A stretch of 64,000 nucleotides of DNA from Octopus vulgaris (taxonomy: Eukaryota). Under the pieces are notes generated by a model. The model was not told the origin of the DNA. It was given only the letters and a program-made list of their open reading frames with translations, and searched no databases. This document shows positions 26,385-41,077 of the stretch, piece after piece. The stretch spans positions 137,020,001 to 137,084,000 of the forward strand of contig OX597818.1 in assembly GCA_951406725.2 (NCBI GenBank), written 5' to 3'. Both the position numbers and the translations under genes were made by a program. How positions within the stretch are numbered: the stretch's first letter is position 1; each line of letters opens with the position of its first letter.

Positions 26385-27688
26385 GTGAAAAACGCTGGTA
26401 TCGATGTCAGTCAAAAGCAAGAAAGGACAGTAGAAACGCATGGCCAGCGTTCAAGAAATTCTGTGCAGCAAGCGAGTTGTGAAATAAGAAATATGAATTT
26501 CAAAATCAAGCTAACATCGCATTCTGAAGCGCTGACATTCGAGAAATTACATTCCAAGAATATTTTATACTCAAAGTGAAGATGATCTGCACCGGTGACT
26601 GCAGTTTTACGAATGGTATTTGGCAAAATGTGTAGAAGATATACACTTTCCAGCAAAGATTGTTTGAAGAGATGAGGTTGCATTTAAATTAAATTGCTCA
26701 ATTAACCGCCACGGTTGCACCTACAAGTTCTTGGTAGGTTCAAGAACTTGAAAATCAGCATAATACAGGGGGACGTCATGTTAAGTATATATAGGAGCAC
26801 TCCGTCGGTTACGACGATGAGGATCCCAGCTGATACGATCAACGGAACAGCTTGCTCGTGGAATTAACGTGCAAGTGGCTGAGCATTCCACAGACACGTG
26901 TACCCTTAACGTAGTTCTCGAGGAGATTCAGCGTGACACAGAGTGTGACAAGGCCGGCCCTTTGAAATACAGGTACAACAGAAACAGGAAGAAAGAGTGA
27001 GAGAAAGTTGTGGTGAAAGAGTACAGCAGGGATCACCACCACCCCCTGCAGGAACCTTGTGAAGCTTTAGGTGTTTTCGCTCAATAAACACTCACAATGC
27101 CCGGTCTGGGAATCGAAACCGCGATCCTACGACCGCGAGTCCGTTGCCCTAACCACTGGACCATTGCGCCTCCACCATGTTAAGTATAGGATACAGTATG
27201 GTGCAGTCACCAAAAGGATTAATTAGGCCATTCGTTTTTCGTCGAACTGTGACAGGTTCCATTTACTTGATCTTTCTGCATCTACCTGTCATGTTAAGCA
27301 TTGAAGAGGACTTTGAAGATGTGAAGTTTTATTTCCAGCAAGATGGAATATAAGGGCGGCTTATCTTCATAAGATTTTGTCAAAGAGATGAGTTAGTCGA
27401 GAGATTCATACGCTGGACCTTACACCACAATACTTTCTCTATGGGATCGCTTAAAAGGTAAAGTTTACGAAGCGGGCAGCAGTCGATGAAATGAGGGTGG
27501 ACATTGAATGAAAATACGCACAAGTACCGAAAGAAATGCCTTTTGATGTTTGCAATTCAATTGCTTTACGTTATTAGCAGCGTCTGGACCACAATGGCCA
27601 TCAATTTGAAGACGTTTTTAAAAACATAAAAATTTTGTCTGCAGATTCTACTAAATTTTCGTGTATACATTTTTTGGGGACACGATGT
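26385..27688 (+). mobile_element. Decayed DD41D (rosa/Visitor-type) transposon interrupted by a SINE
   Basis: Remnant YIPR..EDD..R.LQFYEWYL..C.ED..FP.KIV..DE..FKLN.SINRH.CTY and FYFQQDG; right TIR gtgtatacattttttgggggacac matches the 46802 element. Confidence 0.75.
26794..27175 (-). mobile_element. Family B SINE, tail type 1
   Basis: TSD catgttaagtata. Confidence 0.9.
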
Positions 27689-28040
27689 ATATGTACAATC
27701 ATTGATAAACAAAACTTAATATATGCTATTTATGAAATTCTAATCTATACAAGCATTAGTTTTCCTTTCAGCTTGTGTGTATATTTAAGTGCGTTTTTGT
27801 GTTAATCTCTGTGAGTGTGTTTATATACATACACACACATACAGATATATGTATATGTATCTATGCATGTATACCTGTGTAGATATAGTTGTGTGTGTGT
27901 ATATATATACATATTTACATGTATGTGTGCATGTATGTACATACATACATATATTTATCTATACATACCTACATTCATATATATATGTACATTTGCACAC
28001 ATACGTATGTGCATATGTGCTTATGTATAAATAATTCATG

Positions 28041-28096
<56 letters not shown>

Positions 28097-28127
28097 TTGT
28101 GCGTGTGTGTATATGTATATATGTATG

Positions 28128-28170
<43 letters not shown>

Positions 28171-28256
28171 TAATTTACGTATATATATGTCTGTGCCTGT
28201 GTGTACGTGTATATTTATATGTGTGTGTTTGTGAGCATGTGAGGGTGTATGCGTGC

Positions 28257-28290
<34 letters not shown>

Positions 28291-28379
28291 ATGTATGTAT
28301 CAATCTATGATGTATCTAATTATATGAAAAGCTATCAACGAACACAATAGTATGTTTACAAAACCCAATGTACAAACTA

Positions 28380-28435
<56 letters not shown>

Positions 28436-29047
28436 TGTCTTTATAGCGCGTATTAACAAATAAAGTTGCCTGCATACAAACTTGAAATAGCGTGAGAAGA
28501 TCTATCTTTTCTTTTATACGAAAATAAAAACTTGTATGAATCAAATGTTGTGAAAATATTTAAGTCAATACCTCAATAAAAAAAAAATTCCAATGACGTC
28601 TGAAATGCTGAAAAGAACTCCCCCACATATGCAGAACAATTATATTTTTAGCATAATTCGATGAAGATATAAATATTTATCAATATATTTGCATAGAAGA
28701 AAGTGAATATATTTTTGTCGGAGGGTGGATATACGGATTAATGAGGACGAAAGAAATCAGAAATTACCTTTGAGAGAATTCTACTCCTTTGAAAGTTCCA
28801 CCCGTCAAACATATTCGTTTCTTTCTTCCTTTCTTTCTGTCCCCCTCTCTCTCCGAAAAGACCCGGACATAGAGCTAAATACACCCACACATACATGCAT
28901 ATGTGCGCGCACATGTAAGCACGCAGAGATACTTACAGATGTATGCATGCATGTACATATATATATAGATGTATGTGTGTGTGTAATTACACGCACGCAT
29001 ACATACATACATACATACATACATACATACATACATACATACATACA

Positions 29048-29079
<32 letters not shown>

Positions 29080-29082
29080 CAC

Positions 29083-29129
<47 letters not shown>

Positions 29130-29298
29130 CATAAGGGACTAAAGCCATCTGAATATGGCTAGGGACAAATGCAGGGTGGTGGGGGTGTTACTGTTACATT
29201 TAGCCCCAGGCGAACATCGACGTCACCAGAAAGGCTCGACACCGTCACGGTGTCCTTATCCTGCAAAGGGAGGTAATTCCCCGATGAAGCGGAAACCA

Positions 29299-29345
29299 CA
29301 CACGGACCATGGTTTCAGGGGTGTATTGCCTATCGTCGGCGTGTG
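29299..29345 (-). ncRNA. Type I hammerhead, U4C variant; inverted copy at 29559-29606 (+)
   Basis: CACACG-CCGACGA-U-AGG..CCU-GAAA-CCAUGG-UC-CGUGUG. Confidence 0.65.
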
Positions 29346-29801
29346 GTAAATGCAACAGTAACACCCCCACCACCCTGCCCTGTCCCTAGCCATATTCAGA
29401 TGGCTGTCCCTTATGTTAGTCGAGCAGTTACTGTCTATATCTCTTTTAGAGAATTATTATTGCTTTCGAACAGATTTTCGAAATCAGCAAATGTATTTTG
29501 CCGAAAATCTATATGAATATCCTGCAGAGTGAGAGTTCGTCGAGGAAGCGGAAGCCTACCACACGCCGACGATAGGCAATACACCTTGAAACCATGATAT
29601 GTGTGGTTTCCGCTTCATCGGGGAATTACCTCCCTTTGCAGGATAAGGACACCGTGACGGTGTCGAGCCTTTCTGGTGACGTCGATGTTCGCCTGGGGCT
29701 AAATGCAACAGTAACACCACCCTGCCCTGTCCTAGCCATATTCAGATGGCTTTAGTCCCTTATGTTATCGAGCAGTTATCGAGCATTATTATTGCTATAT
29801 A

Positions 29802-29884
<83 letters not shown>

Positions 29885-30173
29885 ATATATATGTACACAC
29901 ATACACACACACAAGTGTTATATTATTGCTTTCAAATTTTAGCACAAGGTCAACATTTTCGGGAGAGCTGTTTAGTTGATTGCATCGACCCCAGAGTTCA
30001 ACTGGAACTTATCGTTTTATCGACCCTAAAAGGCCAAGTCGACCTTGGTGGAATTTGAACTCACAACGTGAAGACGGACAAAATACTGCTATGTATTGTG
30101 TTCGGCGTGCTACCGATTCTGCCAGCTTGCCGCCTTAAATGTTGTTTTAGATATTACAAGCAGCAAATATATA

Positions 30174-30740
30174 TTGGGTCATCCCATAAATAATACGGTT
30201 TCTTAAATACTTCTTTTATATCTCAAAATTAAGGTAAACAAAGTTCTTTTCTCATCTAAAATATACTCTCCTTCATTTTCTGCAATGCTCTTCCATTTAT
30301 CTGATCGACTTGCAAGGCCCTTCTTCCACAATTCCCTTGTCCGTGACGTAAAATACTCCTCCAGTACTGCTCTGACGTCGTCTACATAGTTCATATTTTT
30401 TCCGTCCAAATGATTTATTGAACGCTGCGGAATAAATGATAATCAGGTGGGGCAATGTCCGGCGAATATGGGTGGGTGAGGCATCCTTTCTCATTCAAAC
30501 TGCTCCAGCCTTTGAAATGTCAACCTTGCTGCATGTGACATTATCCTGATGGAAGAACACCATTCGTCTGTGAAACCAAAGATGGTCTTCTAGCGCTGAC
30601 GTGAATGACTAGTTGAATGACCAAATGCAAGCTTTCTGCCAATTCCTCAACAGTTACGATGGGATTTTGTTCCATCAGGGTTTGCAGGACGTTATCATCC
30701 CGAGCTCTACAGTTCTTTCAGGACGCGGCTCGTCACAGAT
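30174..30740 (-). mobile_element. Mariner 3' fragment with TIR
   Basis: HPPYSPDIAPPDYHLF...DGKNM...WKSIAENEGEYILD; end ttgggtcatcccataaataa next to TA. Confidence 0.8.
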
Positions 30741-31152
30741 GGCAAAAAGAGAAACGAACGCGCAATCCAGCGGATGCTTGTATGAGCGAGTGTACTCGTG
30801 CGCATGCAGCTTGCAACTGTGTCATGCAGCTATTTTAAATACTTTTCTCGCTGTATTGTGTGTTCGTTTCTCTTTTTGTTATCTGTAATTTTATTTTGAT
30901 CTTCTATATAGATGAAGATATTTCCTCCGTCTGTCTGCTTTTGTTTCTACAAAACGGAAAGTTACATTGCAGAACAGTCATTTTAACAGTATTTATTTAT
31001 CACTCGGCGAGATACAGCTGCACCATTGGATGCTCCTGAACCAGATGTTTTGTGTCCCACCCATGAGGAATCGATGGTAGATGTGTCGAAACAATTGTGA
31101 TGATTAAAAATAAGCTCTTGTATATTCCATCTTCCGTCTTTCATTTGCCATA

Positions 31153-31388
31153 GGCGGCGAGCTGGCAGAATCGTTAGCACGCCGGGCGAAATGCGTAGCA
31201 GTTTATTTCGTCTGCCGTTACGTTCTGAGTTCAAATTACGCAGAGGTCAACTTTGCCTTTCATCCTTTCGGGGTCGATAAATAAAGTACCAGTTTACGCA
31301 CACACTTGGTCGATGCAATAGACTTAATCCCTTTGTCTGTCTTTGTTTGTCTCCTCTATGTTTAGCCCCTTGTGGGCAATAAAGAAAT
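31153..31388 (+). mobile_element. Family A SINE
   Basis: Head, Nin-like domain and tail present. Confidence 0.9.
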
Positions 31389-31702
31389 ATATATATGGTT
31401 AATCAAATATATTCAATTAGAATACAATATACGAGAATTTAAAATAAGTGCTCTTGGTAAGGAAATGTCTAAAACCTTAAAGTATTTAGACATTTAATGA
31501 TAATGGAATTATGGGATTTATATTTTCACACAGCCATTGTGGATTACTGCAGAGGATTTTACCATCGGATGTATATTGTTTCTTCAAACCTTTTCCGTGC
31601 ACAAGTTTGTACCAACGCATATCTATATTGTAACCTTTTTTAAACATCTTTTTCATATATTTTTAAAAGCACTCGGTTGACTACACGGAAATTCACCCTT
31701 TC

Positions 31703-31798
31703 ATATGTCTGATGAGTGGTTGTATTAGCTAATATTGATTATCAATTTTAGATTTCATTTCGAAGGGTAATACATTCATGAAATCAATCGTAAGATAT
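31703..31798 (+). ncRNA. Hammerhead motif with long stem II, partly decayed
   Basis: AUAUGU-CUGAUGA-GUGGUUGUAUUA...UAAUACAUUCAU-GAAA-UCAAUCG-UA-AGAUAU. Confidence 0.6.
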
Positions 31799-31960
31799 TT
31801 TAAACTTTTTAAACTCTTTAAATAATCATACTTTATATATTTATACATCTATCTATTAATACGATATTATTTGGAACGTATATCTTGTGATGATTTTTTT
31901 ATTTAATTTTGCCGCTCCCATTTTATAATATGTGTGTGTATATGCATATATATATGCATG

Positions 31961-32061
<101 letters not shown>

Positions 32062-32314
32062 GTATATTCGCATTCTCTCTCTTTTTCTGTGTTTACGTAT
32101 ATAATCACAACTGCCTGTAGCAGTTGAAATATGTTTGTACATATTTCAGCTAAGCTAAATTGTGATATAGACGTAGGCACTGCTTTACCGCCATTACTCC
32201 GATATTTTTCTCGATCGGGCGATCTGCTAGCGCAAATCAGTCAATGTGTTGGCTGAATTACATTTAAGCTATAACCTTTATTTAGTTCATGTGAGTGTTG
32301 CCTCTCTTTGGTAC

Positions 32315-32361
32315 ATCTCATCGACAAGAGTCAATAAACTCGAAACATCAATGTCTGAGAT
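32315..32361 (+). ncRNA. Type I hammerhead, U3-A8 plus U4C variant
   Basis: AUCUCA-UCGACAA-GAGU(caauaa)ACUC-GAAA-CAU(ca)AUG-UC-UGAGAU. Confidence 0.7.
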
Positions 32362-33346
32362 CCCTTGCAGATGGTGACACTGAACGAACCGGGTGTTTTC
32401 ACGTCTTTTTTACCATCATGAGAGATTTTTCTCTCCATGTTAACTGCAGTGTATTTGCCTTTAGCAGTTGAAATATGTAACAAACATATTTCAACTGACC
32501 TAAATATGTGTGTGTGTGTGTGTGTGTGTCTCTGTCTGTCTGTCTGTGTGTCTATGTGTCTATCTATCTATACTGAAAGCTTCTACATATGCATCAAGTG
32601 TTTTTGGTAGCATCATCTTAATGCCGAGGGAATCAGTGGGAACTGACTGAGAATCGGTACGTTTATGCATTTAGGCGTTACTTGGTTCCACCTGAATTTC
32701 TCATAAATTTCTCAGAAAGTTTGTTTACATTTTTACTGTGTATGCGTTCATGTATACACACCCACACTGTGAGAGCACATATGTATATACTTTAACATTT
32801 ATACCTCATTAGTAAAATTATAACAAATATGAGTATATATATATATATATGTTTTAACAAAATATTTATGTATACGTCTCAGCATAAAATATGTCAACGT
32901 CTTCGTTGACATGTGCATGCTCCACCAAACTTATATACACACACACACACATATATAGAGACAGGGGACTGTGTGTGTGCATGCGGATATGAATAAAATA
33001 TATTATTTTCTTATAACTAAACATATCTGTCCTCACTGGGCCAAAGCATTGTGAGCGGCTTTAAGTCAGTCCTGCATAAACTCAACTGAGAAATGTATAG
33101 ACATCATTATACAACTTAGGCTGCAATCACAGACAGATATGCACACATCTTTGTATATATATTTTCATATATGTATACATATATATATATGTATATATAC
33201 GTAAATATAACTATATATATGTGTGTATATGTATATATACATATATATACACATGCATATATATATTTATTAATACACACACATGTATATATTAGCATAT
33301 ATGCGTGTGCATGCACATATATATATATATATGCATACATGAATAC

Positions 33347-33392
<46 letters not shown>

Positions 33393-33660
33393 ACGTACAT
33401 ACACACAGATATATATATATATATAATATATGCATATATATATATGCACAGAGATACACTGATACACACGTACATGCAGTTGTAAAACATATCATTTTGG
33501 AAAATGCGGACTTGCTTGTTTTGTCAGAATGCCAGCTTCTCATCTATTGTCGACGATGATAACCATCTACACTTATAGGCTGTCTAATGTGGGTCAAGAA
33601 ATGTTTGGATTTTATATGCATCTATCCATCCATACACACGTAACACAAAATGCGCACACC

Positions 33661-33708
<48 letters not shown>

Positions 33709-33728
33709 AGCATGTATAGATGTTTATA

Positions 33729-33765
<37 letters not shown>

Positions 33766-35191
33766 GTGTGTATGTATATATATATGTATGTATATATATA
33801 GGTGTGTATATATATGTGTGTGTATATATATATATATGTATGTATATATATCTGTGTATATATATGTATGTGAGTGCGAGTGTGTGTATATGTGTGTGTG
33901 TGCGTGTGTGTGTGAGTGCATGTGTGTATTTTACGTATTTGTGCCTATCAGTGTGTGTTCACTATTTGTAAATTACTTCAAATTTTGGGCTGAACGAAGT
34001 AGATTTAACATTTTATTATATTAGTAATCTCTAGAGAGAATCGTTGCATCACAGCCTTTTAGTGCTCTGATCCATTTGGTTCATTTTAAATGTCGCGTGT
34101 TGACGACTGCCGGCGAAATATGGACAGAGCAGTGATTCAACAAGTTGACACTTCGCGTGTTCACTTGTTCTGCTAGAAATAAGAACCAAATCTTCTTCAA
34201 AACAAACCCACATTCAATGTAGTATAATGCCGTCTTAAGTCTAAGTTTGAAATATTTTTGGCATTTATCTCTTTATGTGGAAACGGCTTACACATCTCAT
34301 TCATGATTAATTCATTATTTGTTTAATTCATTATTAATTCATAATTAATAGTGTGTGGGTATGTGTCTGTGTGTCTTTGTGTGTGTGTGTGTGTGTGTCT
34401 GTCTGTCTGTCTATGTATCCATCTATCTATACTAAGAAAGCTTCCGATATATATCAAGTGTTTTTGGTAACATCATCTATAATGCTGAGTGAATCAAGGG
34501 GGAACTGACAGAGAATCAGTACATTTAGGCATTTAGGCGTCACTTGGTTCCACCTGAATTTCTCATTATGTGCATTAATTGCCTAATGATTATATGGATT
34601 ACACTGTTTATAATTAAACCGTAGAAATTTACTTATGAAAAACTTAATTATGAACAATCTTCGAACTGGCAGAATCGTTAGCACGCTGGACGAAATATTT
34701 AACGGTTTTTCGCCCGTCGCTACGTTCTGTGTTCAAATCCCGCCGAGGTCGACTTTGTTTTCCATCCTTTCGTGGTCAATAAAATAAGTACCAGTTGAAC
34801 ACTGGGATCGATGAAATCGATTCATCCCCACCTCCCCGAAGCTGCCCTTGTCGCCATAAAAATTTAAATAATTATTCTAAATATTTTGACTTGATCTTTG
34901 GTTTTTATCCTAATTTCGTCTGCCTTTACGTTCTGAGTTCAAATTTCGCCAAGGTCGACTTATACCTTTCATTCTTTAGGGGTCGATAAATATAAGTACA
35001 AGGTGCGTACTGAGGTCGATCGTATCGAGTGGCTCCCTGCCCCACAATTTTCGAGCCTTGCGCCTAGAGCCGAAAAGAATATTTTGGATTTCATCTAATG
35101 CTAAACAATTGGGTGCTAAAATTCATCTTGATGCATTTTTGGCAGAACTTATTCAATAAGTCGCTAATTCAGCATACACACATACACGCAT

Positions 35192-35257
<66 letters not shown>

Positions 35258-35359
35258 ACTCTTCGTGCTGAGTCGATTTGACGTCTACCTTTAGCATATT
35301 AGGAATCCAATTTAGTGGTCATTCTTGCTATTAATTGCAATATAATTCTCACCATATAA

Positions 35360-35436
<77 letters not shown>

Positions 35437-35888
35437 AAATGTTTTTATATATAAAGAACGTGGAATACAGGAAGGGACGAACACGGAACACAGACAAATC
35501 ATTCGAAGCCTTCAATCTTCAGTCAGACACCGAATCATCATAGCAAATTTCGGCTGTTCAATTCTGAACATATATATATATAATTTGGAAATTGATGCGT
35601 GGCGTTCAATTAAATAATAATGTAAATAATATAAATAATATATATATATTATTTATATTATTCTATCTTCTCCTTATTTCGAGCATTCAACGACAATATG
35701 AGTCTTCGAAAACATTTGCTCTCATAACTTCCAAATAAAATTTTGTATTTTCTGAAGGGTCAGAGATGGGATCAAAAACAGGATCGTGTGGAGATATACA
35801 AGGAAACGGAACGAAAACAAACATGGAGGGTCGTGAGAGCAGAATGAAGGGAAAATAGTGAATGCTGAGAGAAATACTGTCTTTGAAA

Positions 35889-35952
<64 letters not shown>

Positions 35953-36052
35953 AGAGAGAGAAGACGTCCAGTTCTTAGAACGTCCGTGCAGGAAAGAAAG
36001 TTGGTCACGTGAGGAAAGGGAAGATACATACACATATACATACATACATACA

Positions 36053-36116
<64 letters not shown>

Positions 36117-36120
36117 ATAA

Positions 36121-37152
36121 GACTTAGATAAAACTTAGATATGTTTCGACCAAAGATTGGTCCTGGCCATGTCTAACTTAATAGCACCACCTAATAGAAT
36201 TATCTAAATCCTGTTTAAGTCAAGTTTTGTTTATGGTCCATTCAAGTAGTGAGTTTTTGTTGGGTGAGTTGTATCCAATTATGGGTGGCTTATCTGGTAT
36301 TCCTTGAAGGAATCTATCCAGACTTCGTTTAAAGTTGATGGGATCCTTTTCCTCTTTGATCTCTTTCGGGACAATGTTAAATAGGGCAGGGCCTGTTGGG
36401 GAAAAGAAATTATGTTGCAGTGTACATGTATGCTGTGATCTCGAATTGTGCAGGGGACGTATGGCCCGTGGTCTCAGTCTTGGATGAACCTTGAAGCTAA
36501 TGTTAAGGTCGTTTGGGCAAATTTGACGGTATATTCTCCACATCGTACAAATGATGTACCGCTCACCGCGACGCTGGAGAGAGTAGAGTTTCAAGGCTTT
36601 AAGGCGGTCCCAATAATCGAGAGCAGCCATGCCTTCAATTCGTTTAGTGAGTGCCCTCTGGGGTGATTCAATCCTCGAGATGTTTTGTCTTGTATGGGGA
36701 GACCACAATGGGCAGCAGTATTCGAGGTGTGGCGTACAAAGAAGAAAAGTGGTATGATGACACCTTGTTCTCTGGACCGGAAAGTTCTTAAGATACAGGA
36801 ACTCATCCTACGAGCTATATCGACCTTCTTGTTGATGTGTGCACTCCAACTGAGATCGTCATCAACAATTACACCCAGGTCTCTGATATTGTTAGAGGCT
36901 GTGAGCGGTTCCCCTGAAGGAAGAGAGTATGGCTGTTTTAGTGAGGAATTCCTTCCAAAATGCATCAGCTCAAATTTTCCCTCGTTCAGTTGCATTTTGT
37001 TTCTGTCTGCCCATTGACTCACAGCATATAGATCAGACTGGAGTGGAGTTCGGTCTGCTTCTTCATTGATGATTTGCTGGAGCTTAGTGTCATCAGCAAA
37101 TATTTTCACTTTGCAGTAATGTACGACACTGGAAAGGTCGTTTATATAAATT
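36121..37152 (-). mobile_element. 5'-truncated CR1-group LINE: frameshifted RT C-terminus plus 3' UTR
   Basis: IYINDL..KIFADDTKL..LQSDL..W...NKM.LN..K..MHFG..RDLGV.VD..LSW..HI; LKLYSLQRR.ER; tandem tail (tatctaagtt). Confidence 0.9.
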
Positions 37153-37199
37153 AACCTAATGAGATAAAAATCCAAGATTGTGAATAGTTTTATAAAGAG

Positions 37200-37247
37200 G
37201 TCTTACAGCTGTTTCTGGGATATTTTATATATCCCTTTATCAGAGAC
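37200..37247 (-). ncRNA. Hammerhead motif with G8A change (likely inactivating)
   Basis: GUCU-CUGAUAA-A-GGGAUAU(auaaa)AUAUCCC-A-GAAA-CAGCUG-UA-AGAC. Confidence 0.65.
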
Positions 37248-37321
37248 GGTGCGAGAAAATGTTTAAGTAATAGTTATTATAGGAAAGATATGAAATACAG
37301 AGTGAAGTGGAGGAATGAAAA

Positions 37322-37377
<56 letters not shown>

Positions 37378-37769
37378 TGTATGCATGCACGCACATAATA
37401 CACACAGGGAAACACACACACACACTCACACACATACATAATGAATAAACAATGGTGCACAAACAGTTATTTATGGCATCGATGCATTTATAAATATGTT
37501 ATACAAATACGTATGTAAGCAGGAAGATAGTCCATTGCAGGTCTTCACAAAGAGGTAGATGTCCAAACAGGTCATTGGCAAAAGTCATTAAAAGAGAAGA
37601 AAACTCCAGGTAGGCCTTTACAGCTGTTTCAGGAATGAGGTGACACATAGATGCCACAGTGTAGATTGTGCTATACATACATACATACATGCATATATAC
37701 ATACAGTCATACATACATGCATACATACATACATATGTGTATGTATATATATATGTATGTATGTATATC

Positions 37770-38085
37770 ACGTGATCACGTGACCGACCAGACCATCAGA
37801 TGTTGTTACACATCGCTGGTCACAATGCGTTCGCATTGTTTTAGCCTTCGAATGACGCCACCCCGCTGGCTAAGCGAGCAGGCCAACAGAAGAAAGAGTG
37901 GGAGAAAGAGTGGGAGAAAGAGTGGTGGAAGAGTATAGCAGGGATCACCACCCCCTGCCGGAGCCTCGTGGAGCTTTTAGGTGTTTTTGCTCAATAAATA
38001 CTCACAATGCCCGGTCTGGGAATCGAAACCGCAATGCTACGACCGCGAGTCCGCTGCACTAACCACTGGGCCATTGCACCTCCAC
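37770..38085 (-). mobile_element. Family B SINE, tail type 2
   Basis: Homologous to 20705. Confidence 0.85.
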
Positions 38086-38123
38086 ATGTATGTATATACA
38101 TATATATATATATACATATATAT

Positions 38124-38263
<140 letters not shown>

Positions 38264-39016
38264 GGTTTACAAATAAACATTAACTAACACAATTCAAGTT
38301 ACAATTGCGATGTCACCATATCTTCAGCGAAAATTCTTGGGTAGGCGATATTTCCTTTTCTCGCTTCCATGATTTTTCGCGTATGAAATCTTTGGGTATC
38401 TACTCATCTATGAAGGTAGAGTACCCTCCCGCCCTCCACCAAATTATATCTATATACGTATTCATATTACTTATTTATAGAAACTCCGATGCCATAAATA
38501 AGTGCCTGCCATTCCATCATATAGTTTATCTTCATTTTCATTTGCTTGCCCTGTTTCCTATAGACAACATTGATTTTTTGGATTGTCTCCCAAAATTTAA
38601 CGCAGGATTTTAAGGATTTTATTTAGTCTGAGCACTAAGCTGTCCGTTTCTATTCTATAGTACGCATTTTGAAGTATTCTTGTACGAAGGCTGGCGGGTT
38701 GAACCTCCGAAGTCACTGTCATCACTCTTGTAATAACCTTGTAAATATGTTCTCTACAAAAATGTACTGAGTAATTTTTCAGTCTAATGTAAAAAGGCCA
38801 AGTATATCGCACTTCCTCCGATGAAAACGAGTGTACTCAGAGTAGAAGCTATCCGTCGTAGTCGAAAATAGACGAATGGTAATCTAAAATCGCTGGATTC
38901 TGGATCTCACAGACAAGGTGACGCTGTGGCGATGTGCCATCATCAGGGATCTGCTGTCGATTACGGTGATGAGCGTATTAGTCGCTCTATAATTAAAACT
39001 ACTCACATGTAATATC

Positions 39017-39432
39017 TATTTCTTTACTACCCACAAGGGGCTAAACACAGAGGGGACAAACATGGACAAACAAACGGATTTAGTCGATTACATCGACCCC
39101 AGTGCGTAACTGGTACTTATTTAATCGACCCCAAAAGGATGAAAGGCAAAGTGGACCTCGGCAGAATTTGAACTCAGAACGTAGCGGCAGACGAAATACC
39201 TATTTCTTTATTACCCACAAGGGGCTAAACACAGAGGGGACAAACAAGGACAGACACATGGATTAAGTCGATTACATCGACTCCAGCGCGTAACTGGTAC
39301 TTATTTAATTGACCCCGAAAGATGAAAGGCAAAGTAGGCTTCGGCGGAATTTGAACTCAGAACGTAACGGCAGACGAAATACGGCTTCGCATTTCGCCCG
39401 GCGTGCTAACGTTTCTACCAGCTCGCCGCCTT
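39017..39432 (-). mobile_element. Family A SINE dimer
   Basis: One head plus two body units; TSD actactcacatgtaatatc. Confidence 0.9.
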
Positions 39433-39976
39433 AACTACTCACATGTAATATCGTGTATGCGGTCGACTATTCGAAGCTCCGTGTTTGTGGTCGAGTATTC
39501 CATTGTCATAAGTAACTTTATTCTAATTTGCAGCTAGAAGCTGTATAGTGCTCTGTGTCTGTGTGACATTGTTAGTTCAATCCCTCTGTCGGGCTCCAAG
39601 GCAATTTCTGCCTGCCCAGTTTTACTATCAAGTGTTGAGTCGATTCAAATTTATGGTCGAATACATTTTCGTGAGTTGCTTTGCAATGGGATTGAACCTA
39701 GAACATCAGAATTATAAAGAGAACTTTTGAATAGTTCGGTCATGCCCCGCCCCACACGTGTCGATTTACCATATAGGACTTTAAATTGTTTATAATGGTG
39801 ACGATAAGGATGATGATGGTGGAGAGGAAAATGGGGGGGGGGGGGGTGAGTGTGAAAAGGAAGAAGAGAATAATATTTATGGTAACGACGAGTAGGAAGA
39901 TGAACCGGAAGAAGAGGATAATTATGATGACGATGGCTACGACGCCAATGCTGCTGCTGCTCCTGCTGCTGTTGAA

Positions 39977-40056
<80 letters not shown>

Positions 40057-40883
40057 GTTTGCGGATAATGACGAGAACGATGAGGAAAATAATAATGATA
40101 ATGAAAGTATAAATTATTTATACAATGTAAGATATCAAATATTTATAAAATAGAGCAAGCGAAGGAGACAGTTCCAGGCCCTGGAGACTTGTTTATGTAA
40201 CAACGAAACCGTTTGGTTCGATACTCAACCCGACCTTCCGAAAATGTCGCCGTGGGGTTAATTTCATTATAGAGTGACTTAATATAGAAAAGTATATGAC
40301 TCTGCAACATTTTATTTATTCATGAGCCCCATCCCCCACCCTGTAGTGGTACTCTTAGTAATTATAGCTTACTGTAAAAACACAGTTTTATATACGAATT
40401 TCTTTTCACTAGATACTGCGTCTGACGTGTAAAACCGAGACATTTATAGACATCCGAATCAATTACACTAAATTACTTCTATTTATTTTATCGTCTACGT
40501 CGGGAATAAAAGTGAAGTCAACCATTGTTTGATTCCGCCAATAAAGTACTTAGCAAGAGACAATAAAATATTCAGTCTGGCCGTAATTTCATTCGGACAA
40601 TTCACTCATTGTGTTATATATTTTATATAATCTTCCAAGCGTTCTCTAATAGTGCTTCATTAATACCGGAAATGCCTTGAAAGACATCATAGAATAAAAA
40701 AAAAAAAGTGAGTATTTGCTGACGGACGTTTCTTATGCAATGATTAGTTTTTGTCATCTGTCTCTCATAATGTTTAGATACAAATATAGAAATCTTTACT
40801 AGTTCTCACCTATTAGTTAACACCACATTAGATATGATATCGTTTCAAAAGTAAATCTGACCTGCTAGATCCTAGTAAACGTT

Positions 40884-41077
40884 AATATTGGTTTGAAGTT
40901 TTGGCACAAGGCCAGCAATTTCTGGGAGGGGCGGGTAAATCGATTACTTTGATCCCAGTACATGACTGGTACTTATTTTATCGACCCCAAAAGGATGAAA
41001 GGTAAAGTCGATCTTGGTGGAATTTAAACTGAGGACGTAGAAACGGACGAAATGCCGCTAAGCATTTTGTCGGGTAC
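40884..41077 (-). mobile_element. Inverted partial copy of the family A SINE at 41512
   Basis: Shares copy-specific variants (gtcatgtactgggatc, tcctcagtttaaa) with 41539-41733. Confidence 0.8.

Noticed and set aside
32550-32705. 150-bp repeat also present at about 34410-34566
   Set aside because: The duplication is real, but no ORF, TIR or ribozyme motif was seen; treated as an unclassified repeat fragment.
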